Of a DNA stretch of 49,905 nucleotides, positions 20,096 to 28,991 are shown piece after piece. A program made the position numbers and the translations under genes. The first letter of the stretch is position 1. Each line of letters begins with the position of its first letter. Source of the stretch: an uncultured bacterium. GTDB taxonomy: Bacteria > Cyanobacteriota > Cyanobacteriia > Cyanobacteriales > JAABRE01. The stretch covers positions 10,390 through 60,294 of the forward strand of contig CAYPSO010000011.1 of the NCBI GenBank assembly GCA_964413275.1, read 5' to 3'. The notes under the pieces were generated by a model, which was not told the DNA's origin, ran no database searches, and worked only from the letters and a program-made list of their open reading frames with translations.

Positions 20096-20545
20096 ATGAT
20101 AAAATCAAGTCAGATTTTTGAACAATTTATTGAAATTAATGCAGATTTAAACAGAGTCGATCGATGTATTACTGATTTAGAATTGATGCACCAATGGCTT
20201 AACCCTTTATTACAATGTCAGCCTGTGGGAGCTTGGAGTACAGAAATTGGCGGAAAAAGTAAATTTATAATTAAAATACCGATCCTCAAACCGACACTTT
20301 TTAGCACTGTAATAGAAAGAAAAACAGGCTTGATTGTTTGGCAGTTTGAAGGTTTTTTTCAAGGATGCGATCGCTGGGAATGTCAATTTATTGATAATAA
20401 TACCACTAAATTAATTAATCGTTTTCAATTTGAAATTCCCAATCCCCTTGTTAGTTGGGGCTTTAATAACTTTGCGGCCAGTTTAACAAAAAAAGATATG
20501 CAGCAACAGTTAAAAAGACTAAAACAAGTTGCAGAAAACAAATAA
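20096..20545 (+). CDS. SRPBCC-family protein
   Basis: LMHQWLNP.L.C.PVG.WST, W.FEGFF.G.DRWEC, NRF.F.IPNP. Confidence 0.75.
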   Translation: MIKSSQIFEQFIEINADLNRVDRCITDLELMHQWLNPLLQCQPVGAWSTEIGGKSKFIIKIPILKPTLFSTVIERKTGLIVWQFEGFFQGCDRWECQFIDNNTTKLINRFQFEIPNPLVSWGFNNFAASLTKKDMQQQLKRLKQVAENK

Positions 20546-20552
20546 CTAATAA

Positions 20553-21425
20553 CTAAATATTAGTTTGTTTTTGTAACCAAGGTAAAAATAAAGATAGAGC
20601 TAAAATTATTAAAAATAAAACTAAACCAATAGTACAACCATAACTAATTTCTAATTTACTAAAGGCTTGTTCGTATAAATAATAAACCACAGTTTTAGAA
20701 CTATTTAAAGGTCCTCCTTTAGTCATAATAAATATCTCTTCAAAAACTTTAGTAGCTGAAATCGCTGAAATTACAGTCACAAGTAATAAATAAGGTTTCA
20801 TTAAAGGTATGGTAATATCCCAATGTTTAATAATTCCATCAGAACCATCAATGGAGGCTGCCTCATATAATTCATTAGGTATAGATTGCAATCCTGCTAA
20901 ATAAATTACCATGTAATAACCTAACCCTTTCCAAATAGTTACGAGCATCACACTCCAAATGGCTAAATTAGGGCTTGTTAGCCACATAATAGGTTTTTCG
21001 ATACCTAATAATTGTAAGAATTGATTGATAATACCATTGGAAGCATAAAGAGCTTTCCAAGCAATTCCAGCTACTACTAAAGAAATAATAACAGGAGTAT
21101 AATAAAATGCTCTAAACCAAGTTATACCTTTGAGTTTTTGATTAACTAAAATTGCTAATCCCAAGGGAAATATTGCTAAAATAGGAACTACTACGATTAA
21201 ATACAATAAAGTATTTTTTAGAGTTTGCCAGAAAAGTTTATCTTGAAATAATCTCTGGAAATTTGCTAAACCAATCCATTCTGGTGCTTTAGTTAAGTCA
21301 TATTCATAACGGGTAAAACTTAACATAAATGCTTGTAAAGCTGGCCAAAAAATAGTTAAAGTTAGTAAAATTAAAGCAGGAGTTAAAAATAAATAGGGAG
21401 TTAGATGTTTAGGATAAGATTTCAT
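20553..21425 (-). CDS. Carbohydrate ABC transporter permease
   Basis: EAA loop IYLAGLQSIP.ELYEAA.IDG. Confidence 0.92.
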   Translation of the reverse strand: MKSYPKHLTPYLFLTPALILLTLTIFWPALQAFMLSFTRYEYDLTKAPEWIGLANFQRLFQDKLFWQTLKNTLLYLIVVVPILAIFPLGLAILVNQKLKGITWFRAFYYTPVIISLVVAGIAWKALYASNGIINQFLQLLGIEKPIMWLTSPNLAIWSVMLVTIWKGLGYYMVIYLAGLQSIPNELYEAASIDGSDGIIKHWDITIPLMKPYLLLVTVISAISATKVFEEIFIMTKGGPLNSSKTVVYYLYEQAFSKLEISYGCTIGLVLFLIILALSLFLPWLQKQTNI

Positions 21426-21507
21426 TTTTAGATAATTATTTATCTTTTATTTAGTAATAATATATTACACTAAAGTTATTAAAATTATATACTTAAAAAA
21501 TTAATCC

Positions 21508-22017
21508 ATGAATCAAAATTATCAAGAATTTTTAATTAGAAATTGGCAAAAGGGCGATCTCGGCAAAGCCGAGCCACCATGTGATCGCATGGCTGCAGCA
21601 GAAGTAATTAAAAAAGTTTTAATCGAATATGGATTACCTTGGCAACCCGAAGAAGCAGATTTAGATGTTATAGAAATAGAAAAGTTTTATTTAGAAACAG
21701 GGGGAGAATTTTGGGTTGTCGAACAAGAAAATAAAATAGTTGGTACTGCTGCCTATTCTCCCATTTCTAGGGGTAATAATGCCGTAGAAATTAGAAAAAT
21801 GTATTTATTACCAACTGTGAGAAGAAAAGGATTAGGGCAATATTTATTAACACAATTAGAAGAAGTTATTAACAGTAAAGGATTTAATGAAATTTGGATC
21901 GAGACAGCAAGTGTTTTAGAAGAAGCTGTTATTTTATATGAAAAAAACAATTATTTACCTGCGTTGGGAGTTGAAACTAAAAGATGCGATTTAGTTTATT
22001 ATAAAAAACTTAGTTGA
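21508..22017 (+). CDS. GNAT N-acetyltransferase carrying a 9-aa in-frame insertion
   Basis: VEIRKMYLLP.VRRKGLG, IETAS.L.EAV.LYE. Confidence 0.9.
   Translation: MNQNYQEFLIRNWQKGDLGKAEPPCDRMAAAEVIKKVLIEYGLPWQPEEADLDVIEIEKFYLETGGEFWVVEQENKIVGTAAYSPISRGNNAVEIRKMYLLPTVRRKGLGQYLLTQLEEVINSKGFNEIWIETASVLEEAVILYEKNNYLPALGVETKRCDLVYYKKLS
21554..21588. repeat. Small hairpin insertion in a HIP1 site (SDR-like)
   Basis: GCGATC-TCGGCAAAGCCGAGCCACCATGT-GATCGC; removing 27 nt restores GCGATCGC. Confidence 0.75.
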
Positions 22018-22058
22018 TTTTTATTAAGTGCTTAAACAAAATTAATTACATAGCTTGA

Positions 22059-22670
22059 TCCATAATAACTACTGTTTTTTTAGCCTCTTTTTATAACCAT
22101 ACTAGACTGGGGTTTTACTTTGAGTTTTCTGCTAAACTACATCTAGCTTATGCTGATCAGAGAGATGGTCACGGTACACAGCATTACTGGCGATTATTCT
22201 TTGATGATGCCCTGAAAGAAAGGATTGAGAATATATCAAAGCAAGTGGCGATTGTAGTAGCTACTGGGGAAGAAACTAAAACCGAGGCTAAGGATTACTA
22301 CCAAGGCTTAAAGGAATACTACGGTATGTATTTTCGGTCAGAAGCTGAGATAATCATAGCTAAACAATTAGTTGAAGCTAAGGTATTATTCTTTGCCAAT
22401 ATTCGTGGCCATATTAACGGGGAAAAATCACCTGTTTCTGCATCCAAAATAACTGGTAGAATTGAGTTAGATTTTCTGATTTTTAAAAATGGGAAATGTA
22501 TTTGTCTCGAAGTTGACGGTTCACAACATAACGGAAACGGTCAAAGTGAACGGGATTATGTGCGAGATAGATTGATTTTAAGGGAAGGTATTCCTACGGT
22601 GAGATTTACTGCTCAAGAATGTTTCACCCAACCTAAACAAGTTGTTGAGGAATTTCTGAATCTGTTTTAG
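22059..22670 (+). pseudogene. DUF559/Vsr-like endonuclease-domain gene, probably 5'-truncated
   Basis: FRSEAE..IA, ELDFLI...GK.ICLEVDG.QH, RDY.RDR.I..EGI.TVRF; frame is open back to 22059 with no ATG. Confidence 0.6.
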
Positions 22671-22894
22671 TCATTCCACTGATTTTGAGGAACAACATTT
22701 TGTAGTTACTTTTTGTTCCCTAAGTTTTCAAACATAAAGATTTTATTAAACTTTTTCAAATTGTAGCGTAGGATACTTTTTCGGGGGGGGGAATGTCTAG
22801 CGTTAGGTTATTCGCCTTTCTTTAGTGTTGAGCTGTTGTTTGACCTGGCAGTAAAAGGGGCGACTTGTTGCTCATAAATAACTTATAAATCAAA

Positions 22895-23821
22895 ATGAAT
22901 AAATTTATTAAAATAAGTGTTATTGCTTCTTCACTTTTTTTTGCCAGTGAAACAATCTTAGCTCGAGCTGCAATAGCAAATGGTGATGACTTTCAATTTA
23001 CGCCTGGTCTTGGTCTTGATTATCGGATAGGGGAAAGTTTGACTGCGTTTGCAGGAGGAACTTTAAGTTATCATATCCCTTCTAGTAATGCACAAATAGA
23101 TTTTGAAAACAGATTGCAATATGACTTATTTAATCGTACTTGGGGTTTCCGAAGTATTTTGAATACAAATATTGATGGTTTTAACTTAACAGGTGAGGTA
23201 TTGTTTCCTTTCTTGCTTGATGATCCTAGTTCTACTAGAGAACGATTTGGACTAGAGTATTTTGATGATAAATTTGCACTAGAGGTGATAGGTAGATCTG
23301 CAAATTTTGAACTTCAATCCCTAGAAGGCACTTTTAATTATCTTGATTCAAATCAAACATTGAGTGGAACTTATCAATATGGTGTTGTTGACGGAAATAG
23401 TCGTTTAATATTTGATTATCGCCATATACTTGAAGATAATGTTGAGTTGAATGCAACTTGGGAAAATACATGGGATGGAATACTTCCTAGTGGTGGATCA
23501 TTAATAGGTTCTCGTTTATCAATAGGTTTAGGATATTCATCTGCAATAGGAGATGCAACAATACAACTTGACGCTGATTTACTTGAACCAGAAACACCTG
23601 TTGACATAACAGTAGGGCTCGATATTCGTCAATTCCCACTATCAATTAAAACTTCCATAAATTTAGGTGACACAAACTTTAATATTGCTTCTGAGCTTAA
23701 AACAAAAACAACACCCGAACCCACCTCAACCCTAAGCCTCCTAGCCCTCGGTACAGTCGGAGCAGTCTCAACCCTCAAGCGTAAACAAAAATCTAAATCC
23801 CCGGAAAAACAGACAGTCTAA
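22895..23821 (+). CDS. PEP-CTERM sorting-domain surface protein
   Basis: N-terminal signal peptide; C-terminal TPEPTSTLSLLALGTVGAVSTLKRKQK. Confidence 0.9.
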   Translation: MNKFIKISVIASSLFFASETILARAAIANGDDFQFTPGLGLDYRIGESLTAFAGGTLSYHIPSSNAQIDFENRLQYDLFNRTWGFRSILNTNIDGFNLTGEVLFPFLLDDPSSTRERFGLEYFDDKFALEVIGRSANFELQSLEGTFNYLDSNQTLSGTYQYGVVDGNSRLIFDYRHILEDNVELNATWENTWDGILPSGGSLIGSRLSIGLGYSSAIGDATIQLDADLLEPETPVDITVGLDIRQFPLSIKTSINLGDTNFNIASELKTKTTPEPTSTLSLLALGTVGAVSTLKRKQKSKSPEKQTV

Positions 23822-23846
23822 TTTCAAGAATGAGAATACATTACTT

Positions 23847-23871
23847 AACCCCTTCAGAGGGGTTTATTTTT
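23847..23871 (+). terminator. Intrinsic terminator
   Basis: AACCCCT-TCAG-AGGGGTT followed by T-rich tail. Confidence 0.7.
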
Positions 23872-23950
23872 GTTCACACTAAGTGGCGGAAACACTAGCA
23901 TCATCAAGGGCAATCTAAGTTAAAGCGTTTATAGTAAAAGCACTCTAAGA

Positions 23951-24355
23951 TTAATCAGTTTCTATAATTTGATTGCAACCATCCACGGTATAAGTTCCCC
24001 AACGGATAATGCCATCTAGGACTATGCAGTATCGCCCAAGGTTAAAGTTACTGGTTATAATCATTACGTTTGGTTCATCGGGAAATCCTCCTTGATAGAT
24101 TATTTCTACCTCATTATCAATTCTTGCTACTCTTAAATCTATTTTCTCCCCACATACGCTTAAGTTTCTCTCCTTACCTGCAATGATGCAATTTTCTTTC
24201 CAATTATTAAGGGCGATCACGAAGTGGCGCGCGTGCGCGATCGCACTTTCTATTTTTTGAGTAATATCTTGCACCTCAGTACGCAACAAATGCCCTACTG
24301 ATAGATAAGCCCCAGATAGTAAGAGACTACCGATGATAATGATGATTTTGGTCAT
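23951..24355 (-). CDS. Hypothetical protein with N-terminal hydrophobic helix and four Cys; 8-aa HIP1-site insertion
   Basis: ORF track; hydrophobic MTKIIIIIGSLLLSGAYL. Confidence 0.55.
   Translation of the reverse strand: MTKIIIIIGSLLLSGAYLSVGHLLRTEVQDITQKIESAIAHARHFVIALNNWKENCIIAGKERNLSVCGEKIDLRVARIDNEVEIIYQGGFPDEPNVMIITSNFNLGRYCIVLDGIIRWGTYTVDGCNQIIETD
24213..24244. repeat. GC-rich insertion in a HIP1 site (SDR-like)
   Basis: GCGATC-ACGAAGTGGCGCGCGTGC-GCGATCGC; 24-nt insert. Confidence 0.75.
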
Positions 24356-24608
24356 TTACTATTGTCTCTTTCGGACGGATTTGATTGTAGTAAGTACCCT
24401 TAGTAATACTAAAAGTTTCGCAAATTTCTTTTATTGTTTTCCCTGATTGGCGAAGTTCAACGGCAGTATTAATTTCAATATCATTTAATTTGGGTTTACG
24501 TCCTAATTGAGTTCCTTTACTTCTGGCAACTGCTAATCCTTGATTAGTACGCTCAATGATAAGATTTCTCTCAAATTCTGCCACAGCCCCAAGGATAGAG
24601 AATACTAA
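24327..24608 (-). pseudogene. C-terminal fragment of a serine resolvase/invertase
   Basis: LVFSILGAVAEFERNLIIERT.QGL..AR.KG..LGRKPKL plus HTH; preceded in frame by TAA, so the catalytic N-terminus is missing. Confidence 0.85.
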
Positions 24609-24622
24609 TTAGTCTAACAAAA

Positions 24623-24970
24623 ATGATAGTTGCATACAAGTACAAACTTAATCCGAATAGTTCTCAAAGAGCCATAATGATTAATTGGCTTGATATGCTT
24701 CGCTCTCATTACAACTATTGCCTCCGAGACAGAATTGAAAGCTACGAACAAGTAACGCAACCCAAGTTAGCTAACTACTGCGACTTAAAAACAAGAGCTG
24801 AATGTTGCCCATTAACTTGTTCCGTGTCTAAAAACTCTCAGTTGGGAGACCCGTTTAAAGGAGACAAAAAACGAAGTGCCTACGAAATGCAGTCATCTGA
24901 ACTACCAAATTTAAAGAAAACTCGGAGTTGGTATAAAAAGATTCATTCTACTGTTGATATGTGTAATTAA
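24623..24970 (+). pseudogene. tnpB: Truncated TnpB (IS200/IS605 OrfB) N-terminus
   Basis: AYKYKL.P...Q....WLDMLR..YNY.L.DR ... Q..ELP.LKK.R.WYK.IHSTV; stops at 115 aa with no RuvC or Zn finger. Confidence 0.85.
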
Positions 24971-25045
24971 TTTTATGTGACTACTTATAAGTTTCTTAAA
25001 TTAAAATTTTTAAAACTACGCAACTACATTTTAATTTCATTAAAA

Positions 25046-26239
25046 TTATTTAACTTCTTGGGCAGATATTATTTGCCATTTATCATTAATTAATTCCCAA
25101 TCTTCTCGTAATTTCTTTATAGCAACTCCATTAATTAAACCAGGCCAATAAGACCAATGAACAATCTGCTCAAAGTAAACAATTGCATGACTATTGTCAA
25201 CCATATTAATATCATTAATATGATGAGATACTTTCCAAATTTCTCCTCTAGCTACAGATTGAGAAAAAGATTCAGTTGTTTTAATCATTGTTGTTTGATA
25301 ATTTTGGGTTTCTCCCTCTTTATTTTGATAATTAAAACGTTCTTTATTAATAGGTAAATAGGAATATAAAGATGTTACATCTCTAGCTTGTACTAAGGTT
25401 GAAACTACTTCATAATGTGGTTCAATAAAATTCTTAAAAGAATCAGAAGCATTAAAATGAGAAGGATTAGGAGTGGGAGAATTTGTAGAGGTTGAAGAGG
25501 CAATTTTCAAATCTAATTTTTCATCTATTTCTGTTCTGGGTAATTCTTGTATAAAAGCTTGAATTGGAATACCTAAATTAAATCCAGCTTTAATAGCTGT
25601 ACCATCAGGAAGTAATGTTCCTTCGGCTCTACCATGTATTCCTATCAATTCTCCTTGATTATTTAAAATTGGCCCACCACTCATTCCGCTTCTAGTAGCA
25701 TTGGTATAAACTAAGTCGTAGCCCGCATTATTAAAAGTATCAATACTGGTAATATTTCCGGTGGTAATATTAAAAGTTCGTCTCATTGCTTGGCCGGGTA
25801 AAGGATAACCAGCGACAAAAATTTCTGTTAATTCTTCTACTTTTTCTGAGTTATTAATGGCAGCAACTTGATAATTTATTTCTGGAGCTGTGAATTTTAC
25901 TAAACCTAAATCAAGATCGTTAAAAAGAATAATATTAGAAGTATCAATCAGATAACTTTTACCATCATAGGTTTGAATATCGGCGGATTCTTGAGACTTG
26001 ATTCCCTCTATAACATGGCCTGCCGTTAATACCCAATAATTATCATTATTTTTAGCAATAATTACCCCCGATCCTGAACCCGCAGGAGTAAAAATTAAAA
26101 CCGTAATTTCTTTAGCAATTTGTTTGATTTCATAAGCAGGAATACTTAAAACAATTTGAGGAGATATGGTTAAAATAGAGATACTAGCACCGAGAATAAC
26201 TCTAGGATATATTGAATTATTAAATATATTGTAAAGCAT
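25046..26239 (-). CDS. Trypsin-like serine protease with C-terminal extension
   Basis: GSGVII, VLTAGHV, DLGLV, GMSGGP.LN..G.LIGIHG catalytic motifs. Confidence 0.88.
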   Translation of the reverse strand: MLYNIFNNSIYPRVILGASISILTISPQIVLSIPAYEIKQIAKEITVLIFTPAGSGSGVIIAKNNDNYWVLTAGHVIEGIKSQESADIQTYDGKSYLIDTSNIILFNDLDLGLVKFTAPEINYQVAAINNSEKVEELTEIFVAGYPLPGQAMRRTFNITTGNITSIDTFNNAGYDLVYTNATRSGMSGGPILNNQGELIGIHGRAEGTLLPDGTAIKAGFNLGIPIQAFIQELPRTEIDEKLDLKIASSTSTNSPTPNPSHFNASDSFKNFIEPHYEVVSTLVQARDVTSLYSYLPINKERFNYQNKEGETQNYQTTMIKTTESFSQSVARGEIWKVSHHINDINMVDNSHAIVYFEQIVHWSYWPGLINGVAIKKLREDWELINDKWQIISAQEVK

Positions 26240-26452
26240 AATTTTGAAAAAATTTAATCTGTAACCACAGTATAACCTGAAATTTTCTAAATCATAAGTT
26301 TTATTATTTACCAGTGTTGCAAGAACAAATAACAAATAACCAATAACCAATAACTAGCCTATATTCAGATTTTAAAAGTGTCACTCTAGGGGAAACAAAA
26401 TAGTCAAAAGTGCTTTAACTTAAAACAAGAAGTAATTATTTGATTTAATTTT

Positions 26453-27157
26453 ATGATGCAACTAGAAGACCAGAAAAATACCTTAAATACTGAATTTGCC
26501 CAAACTTATCGTATTGCACGTTGGCTAATTTTCCCTTTACATTTTCTAGCTAAATATATTGTTCTCCCCTTATATTTTGGTAAATTTCAATTTACAGGAC
26601 AAGAAAACATTCCTCGTAGTGGCCCGGTGATTTTAGCACCAACTCATCGCTCTCGTTGGGATGGAATAACTATGGCTTATGCAGCAGGTTATTTCGCAAC
26701 ACGGAGACATCTGCGCTTTATGGTCAGTAAAAATGAAATGAAGGGTTTTCAAGGATGGTTACTTAAGCGTTTAGGCTGTTTTCCCGTAGATTTAGAACGT
26801 ACTACCATCAGTAGTTTTCGTCATAGCGTGCAATTGCTCACCTCACAAGAAATGTTAGTTATTTTTCCCGAAGGTAATATTTTTAGAGACGGCACAATTC
26901 ACCCCATTCAACTTGGTATCGCACGTATCGCTATACAAGCACAAAAAGACCAAGAAAATGATGTCAAAATTATTCCCGTAAGTCTTCGTTATTCTAAAAC
27001 TTTTATAACTTGGGGTACTGATGTTTATGTTGATTTTGGTTCTCCCCTTAATGTAGCTGATTATAGTCAAGGTTCTACTAAAAAGAACTCTCAACGTTTA
27101 AATGAAGACTTAGAAACAGCTATTCAAAAAGTATGCGATCACGCAGCGCAAAATTGA
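26453..27157 (+). CDS. 1-acyl-sn-glycerol-3-phosphate (lysophospholipid) acyltransferase
   Basis: PTHRSRWD (HxxxxD), FPEG. Confidence 0.9.
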   Translation: MMQLEDQKNTLNTEFAQTYRIARWLIFPLHFLAKYIVLPLYFGKFQFTGQENIPRSGPVILAPTHRSRWDGITMAYAAGYFATRRHLRFMVSKNEMKGFQGWLLKRLGCFPVDLERTTISSFRHSVQLLTSQEMLVIFPEGNIFRDGTIHPIQLGIARIAIQAQKDQENDVKIIPVSLRYSKTFITWGTDVYVDFGSPLNVADYSQGSTKKNSQRLNEDLETAIQKVCDHAAQN

Positions 27158-27410
27158 TTAATAGACTCATATTAAAGTTATAAGGGAATATCCACTCCCT
27201 AAAAACGATGCCCCAGTTTTGCCAGGGCGTTTTCATTCTTGGATAAAATCGGTAAAATAAAAGGCGATCTATATCTATTAAAATAGAGCGATCGCCTCAA
27301 TTATTGTGTTTTAAAAATTATGCTGTTCAATCTAATTGAAAAACTGAAAAAAATGAATTTTAAAATATACAAAATAAAACATAACAGACATTTTGCCTGT
27401 TATGTTTTAT

Positions 27411-27597
27411 GGCTCTTCTAGAGTAGCTATGACAAAATAATAGTAAATAATAGCTATAAAGGTTACTGCATAAAATTTATACTAAAACAAAAATAAGATT
27501 TTAATAACTGATTAATTTTGTTCTTCTCTGTTGCCTGTTGCCTGTTGCCTCTTGCCTATTTCAACTAATAATTTATTACACTCAAACTAGAAGAGCC
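27411..27597. mobile_element. 187-bp MITE, ISL3-like
   Basis: Perfect TIR GGCTCTTCTAG/CTAGAAGAGCC; 8-bp direct repeat TGTTTTAT at 27403-27410 and 27598-27605; internal CTGTTGC repeats. Confidence 0.85.
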
Positions 27598-27615
27598 TGT
27601 TTTATTTTGTATATT

Positions 27616-27933
27616 TTATTGAGGTAATTGAAGTTCTCCTTGTTGAACTTGGCTAAGGGTAATATAACGGCAACCTGCACAGTCGCAACCCCTTTGAGCA
27701 ATCGCTAAATCACCTAAAGCATCATTCATATATATATTGGAATTATAATTACTACAGGTACAGTCGTTGAGATTATTTTCTATTTTAGATATTTCTACCA
27801 TTTCTGCTTCGGTTATATTGGGTGCGGCAAAAGTATAATCTTTAATGGTATTAGCATTGGCAGAATTATTTGTTAATAAAGCTAAAGTGATAGAACTAGA
27901 ACAACCTAAAACAGTTAATATGTTTTTATTCAT
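27616..27933 (-). CDS. Small secreted Cys-rich hypothetical protein
   Basis: Signal peptide ending SANA; DCTC and GCDCAGC motifs. Confidence 0.7.
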   Translation of the reverse strand: MNKNILTVLGCSSSITLALLTNNSANANTIKDYTFAAPNITEAEMVEISKIENNLNDCTCSNYNSNIYMNDALGDLAIAQRGCDCAGCRYITLSQVQQGELQLPQ

Positions 27934-28054
27934 TTTTATTCACCATCAATAAAAGTGTTAGTTCCTTGATAACATAAATTATGATTCTTAGTTCGTAGCT
28001 AGTTAAAAGTTCAGAAGTTATTAATTTTTCTCTAACTCCTAAACTTCTAAACTT

Positions 28055-28978
28055 CTAAACTCCTAAAAGTTGCACTAATTTAGATAATTGAGTTTTATTA
28101 AAAGCATTTTTAAGAGCTGTTGCCGCAGCTTCTGGTTCAACAGTAATTAGGATTTGTGGTAAGGCTGCACCAGCTAATTTTTCTAAATCTTTACTAGGTG
28201 CAATTTTTTCAGCTTGAGAAAGTACAATTAAATCACTAGCCTGTTTCACTTCTTTAATAATTACCGGAGCAAGAATTTTATAAGGATATTTAGGATTAGC
28301 AATTGCTTTGTAAGCAGTTTTAAGTAAATGTTGCCATTTTTCATTGCTCGATTCTAATTTGGCTAATTGGGAACACAATTGACCTAATTGCTGGCGATTT
28401 TCTGGGGTAGGTTTCTGCTTAAATAAATCCAACATTTGTTTCAGGATAACTTTAACTTTCCCACTAAAATTACCTTTAGATTCTTGTTGAGGTGCTGAAG
28501 AAGGTTTAGATACAACTTCATCTTCATCACTAACCGGTGCGCCACCAAGTATTTGATCTAAATATTTTTGTAATTTGAGAAATGTAGGTTCAGATTCTTG
28601 ATAAATTTGATCCGCTTCTTCTGGCTGTAATCCTTCAGGCCTTTCTAATTTATAGATTAAATCTTTTAAGACATCATAGGTATCAAAAAATAAAGTTTCT
28701 AATGTTTGATCTACAGGTACAGCTTGCTCTTTAAATAACTTAAAAGCATCTTCAAGACGGTGAGAAGTTTTTTGAATACCGCTATAACCAAGCATTGCCG
28801 AGCCACCTTTAATTGAGTGGGCAGCACGGAATAATTCATTAACCATTTCCGTATCTTTTGCCACTTGAGAAAGGTCTAAAATCCCGTCTTCAAGGGTTTC
28901 TAAATGTTCTTTTGCTTCTTCGATAAAATAACCCATTATCTTTTTGTGTTGAGCCGCGTCCAAGGTTTTATCCCCCAA
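28055..28978 (-). CDS. Hpt (CheA P1-like) domain protein
   Basis: YFIEEAKEHL, ELFRAAHSIKGG.AMLG; no kinase domain. Confidence 0.88.
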   Translation of the reverse strand: MGDKTLDAAQHKKIMGYFIEEAKEHLETLEDGILDLSQVAKDTEMVNELFRAAHSIKGGSAMLGYSGIQKTSHRLEDAFKLFKEQAVPVDQTLETLFFDTYDVLKDLIYKLERPEGLQPEEADQIYQESEPTFLKLQKYLDQILGGAPVSDEDEVVSKPSSAPQQESKGNFSGKVKVILKQMLDLFKQKPTPENRQQLGQLCSQLAKLESSNEKWQHLLKTAYKAIANPKYPYKILAPVIIKEVKQASDLIVLSQAEKIAPSKDLEKLAGAALPQILITVEPEAAATALKNAFNKTQLSKLVQLLGV

Positions 28979-28991
28979 TTTTTATATAAAA

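Larger units (their letters stand above)
22025..24987. mobile_element. Accessory segment bounded by imperfect inverted repeats
   Basis: 22025-22052 TAAGTGCTTAAACAAAATTAATTACATA vs reverse complement of 24960-24987 TAAGTAGTCACATAAAATTAATTACACA (22/28); truncated genes inside both ends. Confidence 0.55.

Noticed and set aside
24327-24970. Serine recombinase plus TnpB as an IS607 element or an active Cas12-like system
   Set aside because: The genes are divergent, the recombinase has a C-terminal HTH (resolvase type), both are truncated, and TnpB has no RuvC domain.
27263-27296. GGCGATC-N20-GATCGCC as a third HIP1 insertion (similar short hairpin at 11516-11536)
   Set aside because: Intergenic and equally explained as a terminator-like hairpin built on HIP1 halves; no reading frame to show an insertion.
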